From positions 2,176,001-2,240,000 of the forward strand of contig OY969934.1 in the NCBI GenBank assembly GCA_963704725.1: DNA of 64,000 nt, given 5' to 3'. Source of the stretch: an uncultured Actinomycetes bacterium. Lineage in GTDB: Bacteria > Actinomycetota > UBA4738 > HRBIN12. Shown here in pieces: positions 1 through 10,812 of this stretch. The notes under the pieces are model-generated. The model was given only the letters and a program-made list of their open reading frames with translations, did no database searches and was not told the DNA's origin. Position 1 is the stretch's first letter. Each line of letters begins with the position of its first letter. Made by a program: the position numbers and the translations under genes.

Positions 1-2
1 CG

Positions 3-992
3 ATGGCCGTCGTGCAACATGATTGGCTCCCCGAATGGCTCGGGTTCGACCACCCGCTGACGTGGATCATCGCCGTGGCCGTCGGCCTCGCGCTCGGAGC
101 GGCGATGGGCGCCTTCCAGGGATCCATCGTCGCCTACCTCGGCGTCCCCTCGTTCATCGTGACGCTGGGCGGATTCCTCGTGTGGCGAGGCCTCGCCTGG
201 TGGATGGCGAGCGGGCAGACGATCGCGCCGATGGACACGAACTTCCGCCGGCTCGGCGGAGGGTCCACGGGAACGATCGGCGGCACGTGGAGCTGGGTCG
301 TCGGGGTCGTGGCATGTATCGGCCTCGTCGCCCTGCAGATGACGAAGCGGCGCCAGCGGGCCCGGTACGGCTTCCGCCTCCGCCCGCTGTGGGCGGAGGT
401 GACGATCGGGGTGGTCGGAAGCGCGGCGATCCTCGGCCTGATCGCGTTCACGAACCGCTACTACCTGCCGCCCCTCCTCGTCCAGGCGCGAGGGGCCGCC
501 CCGGGCTCGAATATCTCCTACGGCCTGGCCATCCCGGTCCTCATCGCGCTGGGTGTGGCGGTCGTGATGACCTTCCTCGCGACCCGCCGGCGGTTCGGCC
601 GCTACGTCTACGCGATCGGCGGCAATCCCGAGGCTGCCGAGCTCGCCGGCATCAAGACCAAGCGGACGATCGTCAAGACCTTCACGTTGATGGGACTCCT
701 CGTCGGGGTGGCGGCGGTCGTGCAGGTCGCGCGTCTGAACGCGGCGGTGAGCAGTCTCGGGACGGGGATGGAGCTGAATGTCATCGCCGCCGCCGTGATC
801 GGAGGGACCTCGTTCGCTGGAGGCATCGGGACGATCACGGGAGCCGTGCTCGGGGCCCTCGTCATGCAGTCGCTCGTGTCGGGCATGGTCCTCATCGGGA
901 TCGAGGCGCCGCTGCAGGACATCGTCGTCGGCATCGTGCTCGTCGCGGCGGTGACCCTGGACACCCTCATCAGACGGCGGGGGGCCAAGTGA
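3..992 (+). CDS. Sugar ABC transporter permease (XylH/RbsC-like), probably 5'-truncated by window edge
   Basis: Multiple TM helices; '[20 protein letters not shown]' EAA loop and '[14 protein letters not shown]' motif of CUT2 permeases. Confidence 0.9.
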   Translation: MAVVQHDWLPEWLGFDHPLTWIIAVAVGLALGAAMGAFQGSIVAYLGVPSFIVTLGGFLVWRGLAWWMASGQTIAPMDTNFRRLGGGSTGTIGGTWSWVVGVVACIGLVALQMTKRRQRARYGFRLRPLWAEVTIGVVGSAAILGLIAFTNRYYLPPLLVQARGAAPGSNISYGLAIPVLIALGVAVVMTFLATRRRFGRYVYAIGGNPEAAELAGIKTKRTIVKTFTLMGLLVGVAAVVQVARLNAAVSSLGTGMELNVIAAAVIGGTSFAGGIGTITGAVLGALVMQSLVSGMVLIGIEAPLQDIVVGIVLVAAVTLDTLIRRRGAK

Positions 993-1774
993 CGGAGCGG
1001 AGCGGTCCGCCGCTCGTCGAGCTCCGGGACATCCGCGTCGCGTTCGGTGGCGTGCACGCGGTCGAAGACGTCACGGTGGACCTGGACCCGGGCGAGGTCG
1101 TCGGCTTGGTCGGGGGAAACGGGGCCGGCAAGACCACGTTGATCCGGACGCTGTCCGGGGCGCACCGGGCGGACTCCGGCCAGATCCTCCTGAACGGTGA
1201 GCCGGTCGAGATCTCCACCCCGAGGGACGCGAAGACCCTCGGGATCGAGACGATCTACCAGACGCTTGCGTTGGCGGACAACGTCGACGCGCCCAGCAAC
1301 GTGTTCCTGGGACGCGAGGTGACCACGCGGTTCGGGAACCTCGACCACAGCGCGATGGAGGACGCCACCCGCAAGCTGATGAACCGGCTGAACCCGAAGT
1401 TCAAGAACTTCGTCACGCCGGTGCAGTCGCTCTCCGGCGGTCAGCGCCAGTCCGTCGCCATCGCGCGGGCCGTCCACTTCAACGCGCGCGTCCTCATCAT
1501 GGACGAGCCCACGGCGGCGCTCGGCCCGGCCGAGACGAGCCAGGTCCGCGGGCTGATCCGCCAGCTGAAGTCGGAGGGCATCGGGATCTTCCTGATCAGC
1601 CACGACATCCACGACGTCTTCGACCTGTCGGACCGGATCAGCGTCATGCTCCAGGGCAAGCTCGTCGGCACGGTGAACAAGGACGACGTCACCGTGGACG
1701 AGGTGCTGGCCATGATCATCCTGGGCAAGAAGCCCGGGGAGGTCACGCAGAAGGACCTCGCCGAGCTGCACTGA
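989..1774 (+). CDS. Sugar ABC transporter ATP-binding protein
   Basis: GTG start overlapping permease stop (GTGA); Walker [14 protein letters not shown] signature, ILMDEPT-like Walker B, ISH switch. C-terminal part of ORF 23..1774. Confidence 0.92.
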   Translation: MTERSGPPLVELRDIRVAFGGVHAVEDVTVDLDPGEVVGLVGGNGAGKTTLIRTLSGAHRADSGQILLNGEPVEISTPRDAKTLGIETIYQTLALADNVDAPSNVFLGREVTTRFGNLDHSAMEDATRKLMNRLNPKFKNFVTPVQSLSGGQRQSVAIARAVHFNARVLIMDEPTAALGPAETSQVRGLIRQLKSEGIGIFLISHDIHDVFDLSDRISVMLQGKLVGTVNKDDVTVDEVLAMIILGKKPGEVTQKDLAELH

Positions 1775-1783
1775 ACGCCGAGC

Positions 1784-3484
1784 TCAGCTCAGCGGTCGAA
1801 CCGCCACGATGAGCCACCGGCCGCCGGTCGGCCGGCTCACCACGAAGGTGAGCGCGAACGGCCTCGTCTCCCGGCTGGACTCGGTGCCGTCGACGCCGTA
1901 GACGACCCCCTCCACGGTTCCGCGCGCCTCGAGTCCCAGGCTCAGCCCGCTCTGGCCTCGGGGCGGTGGCACGAGGGGCGCCAGCCGGAGGGAATCGAAG
2001 CGGTAGTGCGGCACGGTGGTCCGCCCCGTCGACAGGGCCGCGTCGATCCGGCGCTGCATCTCTTCGAGCCGGGCACCGTCGTCGACGGCCGGCAAGAGGC
2101 TCGCGTCCGCGCCGCGGAGCGCCTCGGCCTCGACCTCGAGGTTCTCGGCGAGGGTGACGGCGAGGTCCTGCGCGCCCCCGCCCGGCAGACCCGCGCTGAG
2201 CTCGGCGACGTCCGGGTCGACGCTCACCACCGGAAGCGTGGACGGGTCGATCTCGGCGCTGATAGCGGGCGACGCCTCCGCGCGAGCCTGCGGGATCGTC
2301 CCCCGGCCCGGCGTCCCGGCCGCGACGATCCCCGCCCCCAGGAACACGACCGAGGCGCCGACGATCGCCCCTCGGCCGAGGGCCCGGGGCGGCGCGAGGC
2401 CCGCCCCGGGCCTCGTGGCCAGCCGGGCCAGCGCGGCGCGGAGTCGATCCCGGTCCGAGCCCGCGGCGGGCAGGAAGCGCTCGAGCGGCAGGCGAGCGGC
2501 GCACAGGAGCACGAGGCTGCCGAGGAGCGCGACCTTGGCTCCGAACTCCGTCGTCTGCGGCGCGATCAGCAGGACGCTGACCACCGCGACGGCTGCGCCG
2601 AAACCCATCCGTCCCACCCGGCCGGCCGGCACGGTCTTCGGGTCGGTGATCATGAAGAACAGGAAGACCAGGATCTCCGGCGACGTGGCGATGACCCACC
2701 AGAAGTGCGAGCCGCACACGGGCGCGGACGACCAACGAGCGATCATGCAGTGCCCCGAGGCGGCCAGCACCCCGAGCCCGGCGACGAGGGTGATCCAGAA
2801 GGCCACCGACATCGCCAGCAGGTGCAGCCGGGCCGTGATGAGCAGGCCGCCCACGAGGATGATCGCGTAGGCGACGGCCATCCACCCGTCGAGCGGGGTC
2901 CACCAGAAGTCGAGGGGCTCCACCCGCGAGCTGCCGAGCAGCAGGAACGCCACCACCAGACCGAGGTTCGACGGGTTGAACACGTGTGAGCCGCGGTACG
3001 TGATCACGTACTTCGTGACGAGCGAGAGCCCAGCCACGAGCGCGAACAGATACCACCCGCGCCAGCTCCAGTAGTCGCCGTTCTCCGTGCCGATCACCCG
3101 GAAGATCAGGGCGACGCTGCTGCCGGTCAGTATGCCGCTCGCCGGCCAGACCAGGGCCTTCGACCGGCGGAAGGTCAACGCCACATCGATCACGGCGCAC
3201 GGCAGAACGGCGGCGAGGATCTGCACGATCGACACCCGGAACCCGAGGGCGACCTGGCCGAGAACCTGGATCGAGACGACCACCGCCGACAGGTGCAGGC
3301 GCGGGTCGCGCAGGGTCGGCAGGACGATCGGGTACCGGCGGTCGCCCACGCGCAGCACGCGCCGGGGCGAGGTGTTCGAGGCCCGCTCGGTCGGACGATC
3401 CGATGACGGCGCGTCGGCTCCCAGCCGCTCCGCATCGCGCGGACCGTCGTCCGCCGGGTTCGACGAGGTAGGCTGCTTCAGCAT
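1784..3484 (-). CDS. RnfD/NqrB-like (UnbU-like) polytopic membrane protein with C-terminal extracytoplasmic domain
   Basis: '[10 protein letters not shown]', 'SLVTKYVI', '[14 protein letters not shown]' motifs typical of the NQR2/RnfD family; start uncertain. Confidence 0.7.
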   Translation of the reverse strand: MLKQPTSSNPADDGPRDAERLGADAPSSDRPTERASNTSPRRVLRVGDRRYPIVLPTLRDPRLHLSAVVVSIQVLGQVALGFRVSIVQILAAVLPCAVIDVALTFRRSKALVWPASGILTGSSVALIFRVIGTENGDYWSWRGWYLFALVAGLSLVTKYVITYRGSHVFNPSNLGLVVAFLLLGSSRVEPLDFWWTPLDGWMAVAYAIILVGGLLITARLHLLAMSVAFWITLVAGLGVLAASGHCMIARWSSAPVCGSHFWWVIATSPEILVFLFFMITDPKTVPAGRVGRMGFGAAVAVVSVLLIAPQTTEFGAKVALLGSLVLLCAARLPLERFLPAAGSDRDRLRAALARLATRPGAGLAPPRALGRGAIVGASVVFLGAGIVAAGTPGRGTIPQARAEASPAISAEIDPSTLPVVSVDPDVAELSAGLPGGGAQDLAVTLAENLEVEAEALRGADASLLPAVDDGARLEEMQRRIDAALSTGRTTVPHYRFDSLRLAPLVPPPRGQSGLSLGLEARGTVEGVVYGVDGTESSRETRPFALTFVVSRPTGGRWLIVAVRPLS

Positions 3485-3585
3485 CGTCCTCACGTTGGGA
3501 CGGGTGGAGGGCCATCGTAGCCGACCGCCCGAGAACCCTCCGGTACAATGCGCACCCCTCCCTCCCACGACGCTGAGGAGGCTCT

Positions 3586-4650
3586 ATGCCGATCCCCACC
3601 GAACCGATCGGAAGCATCCCCCGGCCCCAGTCGCTGATCGACGGCATGGGCGCGTTCGCGGCGGGAACGATCTCGCTGCCGGAGCTCCGCCGGCTCCAGG
3701 ACGAGAGCCTCCGGGACACGATCGAGCGGTTCGAGGCGACCGGGTCGCCCGTCATCTCCGACGGGGAACAGACCAAGTCGAGCTTCGTCACCTATCCGCT
3801 CGAGGGTCTGGACGATCTCGTGCCCGACGGCGCGGTGATCCCGTTCGAGGACGGACACACGCGCCAGCTCCCCAGGCTCACGGCGGGGCCGTTCCGGTTC
3901 GGCCGGTACGCGGACGACTACCTGGACGCCGCCAAGGGCTACGCGCACGTGCCGGTCAAGCAGGCCGTGATCGCGGCATCGGCCATCAGCTTGCTGTACC
4001 CGCAGGACGGGATCGATGGATACCCTCGCGATCGATTCCTGGACGATCTCGTCTCCGAGTGCGAGACCGACATCCGCCGCTCGCTCCAGCGGGGCGCGCA
4101 TTGCGTGCAGATCGACTTCACCGAGGGCCGACTGTCGATCAAGCTGGACCCCTCCGGTCACCTGCTGCGCGACTTCATCGCGCTCAACAACCGGGTGCTC
4201 GAGCGCTTCTCCGAGCAGGACCGCGCCCGGATCGGCGTCCACACCTGCCCCGGCGGCGATCGCGACTCCACGCACAGCGCCGACGTCCGGTACGAGGAGC
4301 TCCTGCCCGACCTGTTCCGGCTGAACGTCGGCAACGTGTACGTCGAGCTCGCCGCCGAGCAGGATCGGGGGCACGTGCTCGAGGTGATCGCCGAGCACCT
4401 GCGGCCCGAGCAGCGCATCTTCGTCGGGGTGATCGATCCGATCGACCCGCGCGTGGAATCTGCGGAAGAGGTGCGCGACCGGGTGCTCGAGGCCGCCGAG
4501 GGGCTCCCCGTGTCGCAGCTCGGCACGACGGACGATTGCGGATTCTCGCCGTTCGCCGACGACACGTCGACCTCACGGGACGTGGCGTTCGAGAAGATCC
4601 GCGCGCGGGTCGAGGGCACCCGGCTGGCCGCGGATCGACTCGGCGTCTGA
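3586..4650 (+). CDS. Cobalamin-independent methionine synthase II family protein (MetE catalytic domain only)
   Basis: N-terminal 'TEPIGSIPRP', 'ISDGEQ', Zn-ligand motifs HTC, E (YVELA), 'DDCGF'; RBS GAGGAGG; TACAAT -10 at 3544. Confidence 0.85.
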   Translation: MPIPTEPIGSIPRPQSLIDGMGAFAAGTISLPELRRLQDESLRDTIERFEATGSPVISDGEQTKSSFVTYPLEGLDDLVPDGAVIPFEDGHTRQLPRLTAGPFRFGRYADDYLDAAKGYAHVPVKQAVIAASAISLLYPQDGIDGYPRDRFLDDLVSECETDIRRSLQRGAHCVQIDFTEGRLSIKLDPSGHLLRDFIALNNRVLERFSEQDRARIGVHTCPGGDRDSTHSADVRYEELLPDLFRLNVGNVYVELAAEQDRGHVLEVIAEHLRPEQRIFVGVIDPIDPRVESAEEVRDRVLEAAEGLPVSQLGTTDDCGFSPFADDTSTSRDVAFEKIRARVEGTRLAADRLGV

Positions 4651-4728
4651 TCGACGGCCGCGTAGCCCGCCTCCAGGGGTTTCGGCGGACTGCTACAGTC
4701 CCCGCTCCGTCGAACCCGGAGGGTGGGG

Positions 4729-7533
4729 ATGTCATCTCGAGCTCGTGGCGCGCTTCGTCGGATGCTCGTCGCCGTGGCCGGCCTGTCACTGGTGGCGCTC
4801 CCGCTGGCGCCCTCGACCGGGGCGGCGGGATCTGCCGCCGCTCGTTCGCCACGGATGCCCGCCGCCCGCTCGGCGGCGTTCTTCGACGCCCGCGCAGGCG
4901 GCGGAGCGGTGGCCGCTCCCGCCCGCGTGCTCCGCGCCCGGGCCGATCTGGCCCGGACGCTCGGCCCCCTGGGCGTCGTCCAGACGGACCGGGTCACCGG
5001 GACGCTGCGGTTCGTCGGCCGGCTCGACGGGTTCCTGACCGGCCCGAGCGTGCGGCCGGCTCGACGGGTCGCGCTGGACTTCGTCCGCTCGCGGCTCGCG
5101 GCGTTCGGCCTTTCCCGCCCCGACCTCGCCACGTTCGACCTGCGCCGGGACTACGTCGACGTGATCGGGACGCACCACCTCTCGTGGGTGCAGCGCGCCG
5201 ACGGGCTCACCGTGTTCGGCTCCGGCCTTTCGGCGAGCGTGACCGCCGACGGTCGGCTGGTGAACGTCACCGGCTCGCCCGTCCATTCGCTCGAAGCGCC
5301 TTCCGCACACGTGCGGATCGACCGCGACGCCGCGGTCGTCGCCGCGCGAGCCGCCGCCGGCGGCTCGACCGCTCGCCAGTCCGCCGACACGGCGGAGCGC
5401 GTCCTGTTCCCGACGGCCCGCGGCGCCCGGCGGGCGTGGCGGACGGTCACGCGGATCTCCGACACCGAGACCGACCTGTCGATCGTCGACGCCGAGACCG
5501 GCGAGGTGCTGTGGCGCGCCAATCTCACGGTGGCCGATTCGAACGGGACCGGCCAGGCCGTCGAGTACTACCCGGGTGGCGACGTGCCCCTCGGCGGCGG
5601 CACGGCGCACCAGGTGACCTTCCCGGTCGCGGACGGGACCGCGCTGTCGGGCAACAACGCGCACGTCTACTCGGACGTGAACGACGACGACGCCGCCCAG
5701 CCCCGAGACGAGGTCCCGGCGGCGTCGGGCCTGGACTGGAACTACCCGCCGGTGATCGACACGACCACGACGGCGCAGAACTGCTCGACCCATTTCTTCT
5801 GCACGTGGGACGCCACCACGCCGCGTCAGTGGCGAACCGACCGCCGGTTCTTCGGCGTCCAGCTGTACCACTACCTCAACGTGTTCCACGACCACCTGCT
5901 CGCGTCGCCGATCGGCTTCACCGAGGCGGCGGGCAACTTCCAGGTGACGAACGCGTCCGGGCAGGGCGAGGGCGGCGACCCGGTGCAGGGGCAGTTCATC
6001 GACGGCGCCAACCTCGACAACGGCTTCCCCGACGCCAACCACCTGAACAACGCGAACATGTCGACGCAGGCCGACGGCGAGCCGCCGGTCATGCAGATGT
6101 ACCTGCAGACGGCGGCTCCGGGGCTTCCCAACGTCCCGAGCGGTGACTCCGGGACCGAGGCCGAGACCGTGTACCACGAGTACACGCACGGACTGTCGAA
6201 CCGGCTCGTGACGCAGCCCGACGGCACGCCCGCGCTCAACACCCCACAATCGGGCGCCATGGGCGAGGCGTGGAGCGACTGGTACGCGGTCGACTTCACC
6301 GACAACCAGGGCTTCTTCCCGGACGGCCCCGCGGATGGCGACGCCATCATCTTCCGGTACTCCGCCGGAGACGAGGTCGCCTTCCGCACCGAGGCGATCG
6401 ACTGCCCGGTGAACTCGACGGCCGCCAACTGCGGGGGGACGCCCGGGAGCGGCCCCGGCGGCTACACGTACGGCGACTTCGGCACGATCGTCGGGGGCCC
6501 GGAGGTCCACGCCGACGGCGAGATCTGGCTCCAGGCGCTGTGGGACGTCCGCACCGCGCTCGGCTCGGACGTGTCCGAGTCCATCATCACGCGCGGCATG
6601 GAGCTGTCCGCTCCGGACCCCTCGTATCTCGACATGCGCAACGCGATCATCCAGGCTGACCTGACGGCGTTCGGTGGCTCCCATGTCGATCAGCTGTGGC
6701 AGATCTTCGCCGCCCGCGGCATGGGCTACTTCGCCGCGTCGCTCGACGGGGGCGACACGGAGCCGGTGGAGGACTTCAGCGTGCCGCCGGACTGCGCGGT
6801 GGATCCGTGCGGGTCGATCTCGGGGACGGTGACCGACTCGGAGTCCGGCGCTCCCATCGAGGGCCTCGAGGTGTTCGTCGCGGGACAGCACCACTCGGGG
6901 TTCCCGGCGGACCTCGCGGACACCTCCGACGCGACGGGGGCCTTCTCGATCACCGACGTTCCCTTCCACGACTACCCGGAGGTCGTGGCGACGGGCGCCG
7001 GCTACGAGCCGTTCCGCGTGCCGGTCACGGTCGACGGTGACGAGAGGCTCGACGTGGAGCTCGTTCGGGACTGGGCCGCGACCGTCGGCGGCGCAAGGGT
7101 CCTCAGCTTCACGCCGCCCGACTACTCACCGTTCTGCGGCGTGGGCGCCGAGGGCGCGTTCGACCTCTCGCTCGGCTCGGGGTGGGCGAGCGACTCGCCC
7201 CGCAACGACGACAGCGGCGTGACCGGGGCCCGGTCGGCGGTCGTCCGGCTGCCGCGCATGGTCGACGTGACCACCTTCGGCGTGGCGAGCGGCGGGACGT
7301 GCGGCGACGGCCCGGACGCCGGGGTGAAGCGGTTCCAGATCCAGACCCGCGGCCGGCACGGCCCATGGGTCACCGCGGTGCGGGGACGGTCCCGCGCCAA
7401 CGGCGTCCTGCGGACGTTCACGCCCACGCAGGGCACGGCGAACGTGCGGATGATCCGCTTCGTCATGCTGTCGAACCACGGGAACCCGGACTTCATGGAC
7501 GTGCTCGAGGTCACGGTCCGGGGCACGACGTAG
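4729..7533 (+). CDS. Secreted M36 (fungalysin) metallopeptidase with propeptide, carboxypeptidase-regulatory-like and C-terminal beta-sandwich domains
   Basis: Signal peptide; HEYTHGLSNRL Zn motif; 'AMGEAWSDW'; 'EVHADGEIW'; 'FAARGMG'. Confidence 0.88.
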   Translation: MSSRARGALRRMLVAVAGLSLVALPLAPSTGAAGSAAARSPRMPAARSAAFFDARAGGGAVAAPARVLRARADLARTLGPLGVVQTDRVTGTLRFVGRLDGFLTGPSVRPARRVALDFVRSRLAAFGLSRPDLATFDLRRDYVDVIGTHHLSWVQRADGLTVFGSGLSASVTADGRLVNVTGSPVHSLEAPSAHVRIDRDAAVVAARAAAGGSTARQSADTAERVLFPTARGARRAWRTVTRISDTETDLSIVDAETGEVLWRANLTVADSNGTGQAVEYYPGGDVPLGGGTAHQVTFPVADGTALSGNNAHVYSDVNDDDAAQPRDEVPAASGLDWNYPPVIDTTTTAQNCSTHFFCTWDATTPRQWRTDRRFFGVQLYHYLNVFHDHLLASPIGFTEAAGNFQVTNASGQGEGGDPVQGQFIDGANLDNGFPDANHLNNANMSTQADGEPPVMQMYLQTAAPGLPNVPSGDSGTEAETVYHEYTHGLSNRLVTQPDGTPALNTPQSGAMGEAWSDWYAVDFTDNQGFFPDGPADGDAIIFRYSAGDEVAFRTEAIDCPVNSTAANCGGTPGSGPGGYTYGDFGTIVGGPEVHADGEIWLQALWDVRTALGSDVSESIITRGMELSAPDPSYLDMRNAIIQADLTAFGGSHVDQLWQIFAARGMGYFAASLDGGDTEPVEDFSVPPDCAVDPCGSISGTVTDSESGAPIEGLEVFVAGQHHSGFPADLADTSDATGAFSITDVPFHDYPEVVATGAGYEPFRVPVTVDGDERLDVELVRDWAATVGGARVLSFTPPDYSPFCGVGAEGAFDLSLGSGWASDSPRNDDSGVTGARSAVVRLPRMVDVTTFGVASGGTCGDGPDAGVKRFQIQTRGRHGPWVTAVRGRSRANGVLRTFTPTQGTANVRMIRFVMLSNHGNPDFMDVLEVTVRGTT

Positions 7534-7558
7534 CTTCGGCGCGGGATCGGGCGCCGGG

Positions 7559-8995
7559 TCAGGCCCGGCGCCCGACCGGGTCCTCGGCGTCACGCTCGGA
7601 AGCCTCCGCCTCGCGAAGAGGGAGCCGGAGCTCGAACCGCGCTCCCCCGGCCGGCGACGGCACCACGAGAACGGTCCCGCCGTGCGCCTCGGCCACGGCG
7701 GCGACGATGGACAGGCCCAGGCCGGCCCCGCCGCTCTCGCGGGACCGCGAGGGATCGGCGCGGTAGAAGCGCTCGAACACGCGCTCCGCGTCCTCCGGCG
7801 GGATGCCGGGCCCCTCGTCGTCCACCTGCAGGAGGGCCTCCGTTCCCTCCGAGCGCACGTGCACGCGGACGGCCGAACGTGGCGGCGTGTGCACCCGCGC
7901 GTTCGAAAGGAGGTTGTCCGCGACCTGCCGCAGGCGCGCGACGTCCCCGGTGACGACCACGGCCTCCGGGACCTCCAGCTCGATCCGGCGCCCGGGGTCC
8001 GCCACGCGCGCCGCGTCGACGGCAGCCGCGGCCACCTCGACGAGGTCCACCGGCTCGCGCTCCAGCGCCCGGCCCTGGTCGAGCCGAGCCAGGAGGGACA
8101 GCTCGTCGACCAAATCACCCATGCGCACGCTCTCCTCCTCGATCCGGCGCATCGCGTTCCGCAGCGCCTCGGGGTCGTCCGCGGCCCCGCGGCGGAAGAG
8201 CTCGGCGTACCCGCGGACGGAGGTGAGCGGCGTGCGGAGCTCGTGCGAGGCGTCGGCCGCGAACCGCCGCAGGCGCTCCTCGGACGCCCGCCGCACCTCG
8301 AACGACTCCTCGATGCGCGAGAGCATGGCGTTCAGGGCGAGCCCCAATCGTCCCACTTCGGTCCGGGGGTTGGCCGGCTCGACCCGTCGGGACAGGTCGC
8401 CCGCCGCGATGGCCCCGGCGGTCTGGCCGATCCGCTCGAGCGGCCGGAAGCCGATCCGGACCAGCCACCACGCGAGCGCCGCCAGGCCCGCCAGGACCGC
8501 GACGCTCACCAGGACCTCGATCATCAGGAGGCGGCCGAGCGTGTCTCCGACGTCGCCGAGCGGCACGGCCACGACGAGCGTCCCGCCCGTCACCGGCACG
8601 GCCAGCAGGCGGAACGTCTCACTGCCGCTCCGCGCGTCCACGGTGAAGACACGGCGCTCGCTCCCCCCGTTCGACGAGCCGGGGAGCGCCACCGGGAGCT
8701 TCGGTGCGCCGTCCGGTCCGTACGGCGCGACCTCCTCCCGCACGACGTCGCCCCCCGCGTCCACGGCGGCGACGTACGTGGCCGGGAACAGGTCGACCCA
8801 CTCATGCGCCTCGTCCGGGCCCTGGGGGCCCGGGACGAGCTCGCGCGCGGCGGCGTCGGGAAGGACCGAGAGCTGCTGGTCGACCCGGTCGATCAGGAAC
8901 GAGCTCAGGAAGCGGTAGGTCGCGACGTCCGCGGCGAGCAGCCCCGCGGTCACCAGGACCAGCATGGCCACCAGGAGCCGGGCCCGCAGGGACAC
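7559..8995 (-). CDS. Sensor histidine kinase (HAMP-HisKA-HATPase), PhoR/TcrY-like
   Basis: Two TMs, HAMP, 'ADASHELRTPL', N box 'NLLSNA', G boxes 'DEGPGI', 'GAGLGL'. Confidence 0.93.
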   Translation of the reverse strand: MSLRARLLVAMLVLVTAGLLAADVATYRFLSSFLIDRVDQQLSVLPDAAARELVPGPQGPDEAHEWVDLFPATYVAAVDAGGDVVREEVAPYGPDGAPKLPVALPGSSNGGSERRVFTVDARSGSETFRLLAVPVTGGTLVVAVPLGDVGDTLGRLLMIEVLVSVAVLAGLAALAWWLVRIGFRPLERIGQTAGAIAAGDLSRRVEPANPRTEVGRLGLALNAMLSRIEESFEVRRASEERLRRFAADASHELRTPLTSVRGYAELFRRGAADDPEALRNAMRRIEEESVRMGDLVDELSLLARLDQGRALEREPVDLVEVAAAAVDAARVADPGRRIELEVPEAVVVTGDVARLRQVADNLLSNARVHTPPRSAVRVHVRSEGTEALLQVDDEGPGIPPEDAERVFERFYRADPSRSRESGGAGLGLSIVAAVAEAHGGTVLVVPSPAGGARFELRLPLREAEASERDAEDPVGRRA

Positions 8996-8998
8996 GGA

Positions 8999-9712
8999 CT
9001 ACTCCTTCGGGAGCCGGAGCGTGTAGCCGACGCCGCGAACGGTGTGGATCAGCTTGGGCTCCTCGACGTCGACCTTGCGGCGGAGGTAGCTGATGTAGGT
9101 CTCGACGACGCCGGCGTCGCCCCCGAAGTCGTACCGCCACACGTGGTCGAGGATCTGCGGCTTGGAGACCACGCGCTTGGCGTTCAGCATCAGGTAGCGC
9201 AGGAGGTTGAACTCGGTCGGCGAGAGCTCCAGTGTGCGGCCCCCGCGCCACACCTCGTGGGTGTCCTCGTCCATCTCGAGGTCGGCGAAGACCAGGCGCC
9301 CGGAGGCCGACTCGCTCTCCCCCGAGCGCCTGAGCACGGCGCGGACCCGCGCCACCAGCTCCTCGAGGCTGAAGGGCTTGGTCACGTAGTCGTCGGCGCC
9401 CATGGTCAGTCCCCGGACCTTGTCCTCGGTGGCGTCTCGCGCCGTGAGGAACAGGATCGGGGTGCGGATCCCGTCGCCCGCCAGGCGTTCCTGGACGTCG
9501 AACCCGTCGAGATCGGGCAGCATGACGTCGAGGACCACGAGGTGGGGCCGGAACGAGGTCGCGGCAGCCAGCGCCGTCCGCCCCGTGTCCGCCGTCTGGA
9601 CCTGGAAGCCCTCGTACCGCAGCACGGTCGCCACGAGGTCCGTGATGCTCCGCTCGTCGTCCACCACGAGCACCCGCCGCGCGGACGCCGTCTCCGGCTG
9701 GGTCTCGCTCAC
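8999..9712 (-). CDS. OmpR-family response regulator (PhoP/TcrX-like)
   Basis: Receiver 'VVDDE...LDVMLP...FLTAR...YVTKPF'; winged helix 'VVETYISYLRRK...IHTVRGVGY'. Confidence 0.94.
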   Translation of the reverse strand: MSETQPETASARRVLVVDDERSITDLVATVLRYEGFQVQTADTGRTALAAATSFRPHLVVLDVMLPDLDGFDVQERLAGDGIRTPILFLTARDATEDKVRGLTMGADDYVTKPFSLEELVARVRAVLRRSGESESASGRLVFADLEMDEDTHEVWRGGRTLELSPTEFNLLRYLMLNAKRVVSKPQILDHVWRYDFGGDAGVVETYISYLRRKVDVEEPKLIHTVRGVGYTLRLPKE

Positions 9713-9719
9713 GCCTCGG

Positions 9720-9774
9720 ACCTTACGCCCGGACCCCGGGAGTCACCTGAGGAACGGCTGTGAATCGGCTGAGT
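9720..9774 (-). promoter_or_regulatory. Leaderless promoter with four 11-bp-phased direct repeats (putative autoregulatory RR boxes)
   Basis: Minus strand ACTCAGC-N4-TCACAGC-N4-CCTCAGG-N4-TCCCGGG, then -10 TAAGGT (9720-9725) 7 nt before the GTG start. Confidence 0.65.
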
Positions 9775-9792
9775 GCGCGCTCGCGCCGGCGA

Positions 9793-10809
9793 TCAGCCCT
9801 TGCCCCGGATCCAGTACCCGACGGGGAAGAGCTGGAGCCGGATCCGGCGGCTCACGGCACCCCACACCCCTCGGGGCCACCAGATCGCGACGACCATGGC
9901 CACCAGGCCCAGCACGATCAGGTACCAGGCGCCGTACCGGGACAGGGTCTGCTGCAGGACGAAGAAGATCGCGGTTCCAACGATCGGGCCCTCGATCGTG
10001 CCGATCCCCCCGATCACGGTCACGAAGATCATCTGCGCCGAGAAGCCCACGCTGAACGCCGCCGAGGATTCGATCCCGAGCTGGCTGATGATCAGGATCG
10101 CCCCGGCCGCGCCGCAGCCGGCCGCCGCGACCAGGTACACGATCCGTTTGGCGCGCGACACGCGGGCGCCGGCGCTCCGCGCGGCGGTCTCGTCGTCTCG
10201 GATCGCCGTGAGGACGAGCCCCAGCCGGCTTCGGAGCGTGAGGTAGACGGCGGTCAGTGCGGCCAGGACCACGGCGAGCGCTGCCCAGTACGTGTCCGCG
10301 CCGAGCGCCGTGGGGTCGAAGCCCGACAGGCCGGGCAGCCGCGCGCCGGTCCCGCCCCCGAGCGACCGGAAGCGGCTCACGATCAGATGGCACGTGTCGG
10401 CGGCCACCCAGGTGGCGATGGCGAAGTACCCGCCGCGCAGGCGCAGGAGCAGCAGCGAGATGGGCAAGGCAAGCACCGCGCAGCCGAGCGTCGCGAACGG
10501 GACGGCGACGAACGGGCTGACCCCGTGCTGCGCCAGGACCAGCACGAGGAACGCCCCGATCCCCACGTACGCCTGCTGCCCGACGGAGACGAGGCCGGCG
10601 TAGCCAGCGAGCAAGTTCCACATGCTCGACATCGTGAGCAGGATGAAGACGTTCACGAGCGTGTCCGTGGTGCTCGAGAACACCAGGTACGGCAGGTAGC
10701 CGAGCACGAGCACGATCACCGCGGCTACGGCGAGCGACCCGGCGACCGGTCGCCGCGACCGGGACACGCGGACGGCGGCGGACGTGGTCTCGGTCGACGG
10801 GTCCGGCAC
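9793..10809 (-). CDS. HAAT (branched-chain amino acid family) ABC permease, LivM-like
   Basis: 'WNLLAGYAGLVSVGQ', 'LRLRGGYFAIAT', 'AIRDDETAA'. Confidence 0.9.
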   Translation of the reverse strand: MPDPSTETTSAAVRVSRSRRPVAGSLAVAAVIVLVLGYLPYLVFSSTTDTLVNVFILLTMSSMWNLLAGYAGLVSVGQQAYVGIGAFLVLVLAQHGVSPFVAVPFATLGCAVLALPISLLLLRLRGGYFAIATWVAADTCHLIVSRFRSLGGGTGARLPGLSGFDPTALGADTYWAALAVVLAALTAVYLTLRSRLGLVLTAIRDDETAARSAGARVSRAKRIVYLVAAAGCGAAGAILIISQLGIESSAAFSVGFSAQMIFVTVIGGIGTIEGPIVGTAIFFVLQQTLSRYGAWYLIVLGLVAMVVAIWWPRGVWGAVSRRIRLQLFPVGYWIRGKG

Positions 10810-10812
10810 GGC

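Noticed and set aside
3087-6146. 1019-aa ORF and many similar long overlapping ORFs (e.g. 24270..27020, 36574..39168)
   Set aside because: Stop-poor alternative frames typical of very high GC DNA, overlapping well-supported genes and lacking recognisable motifs beyond the genes already called.
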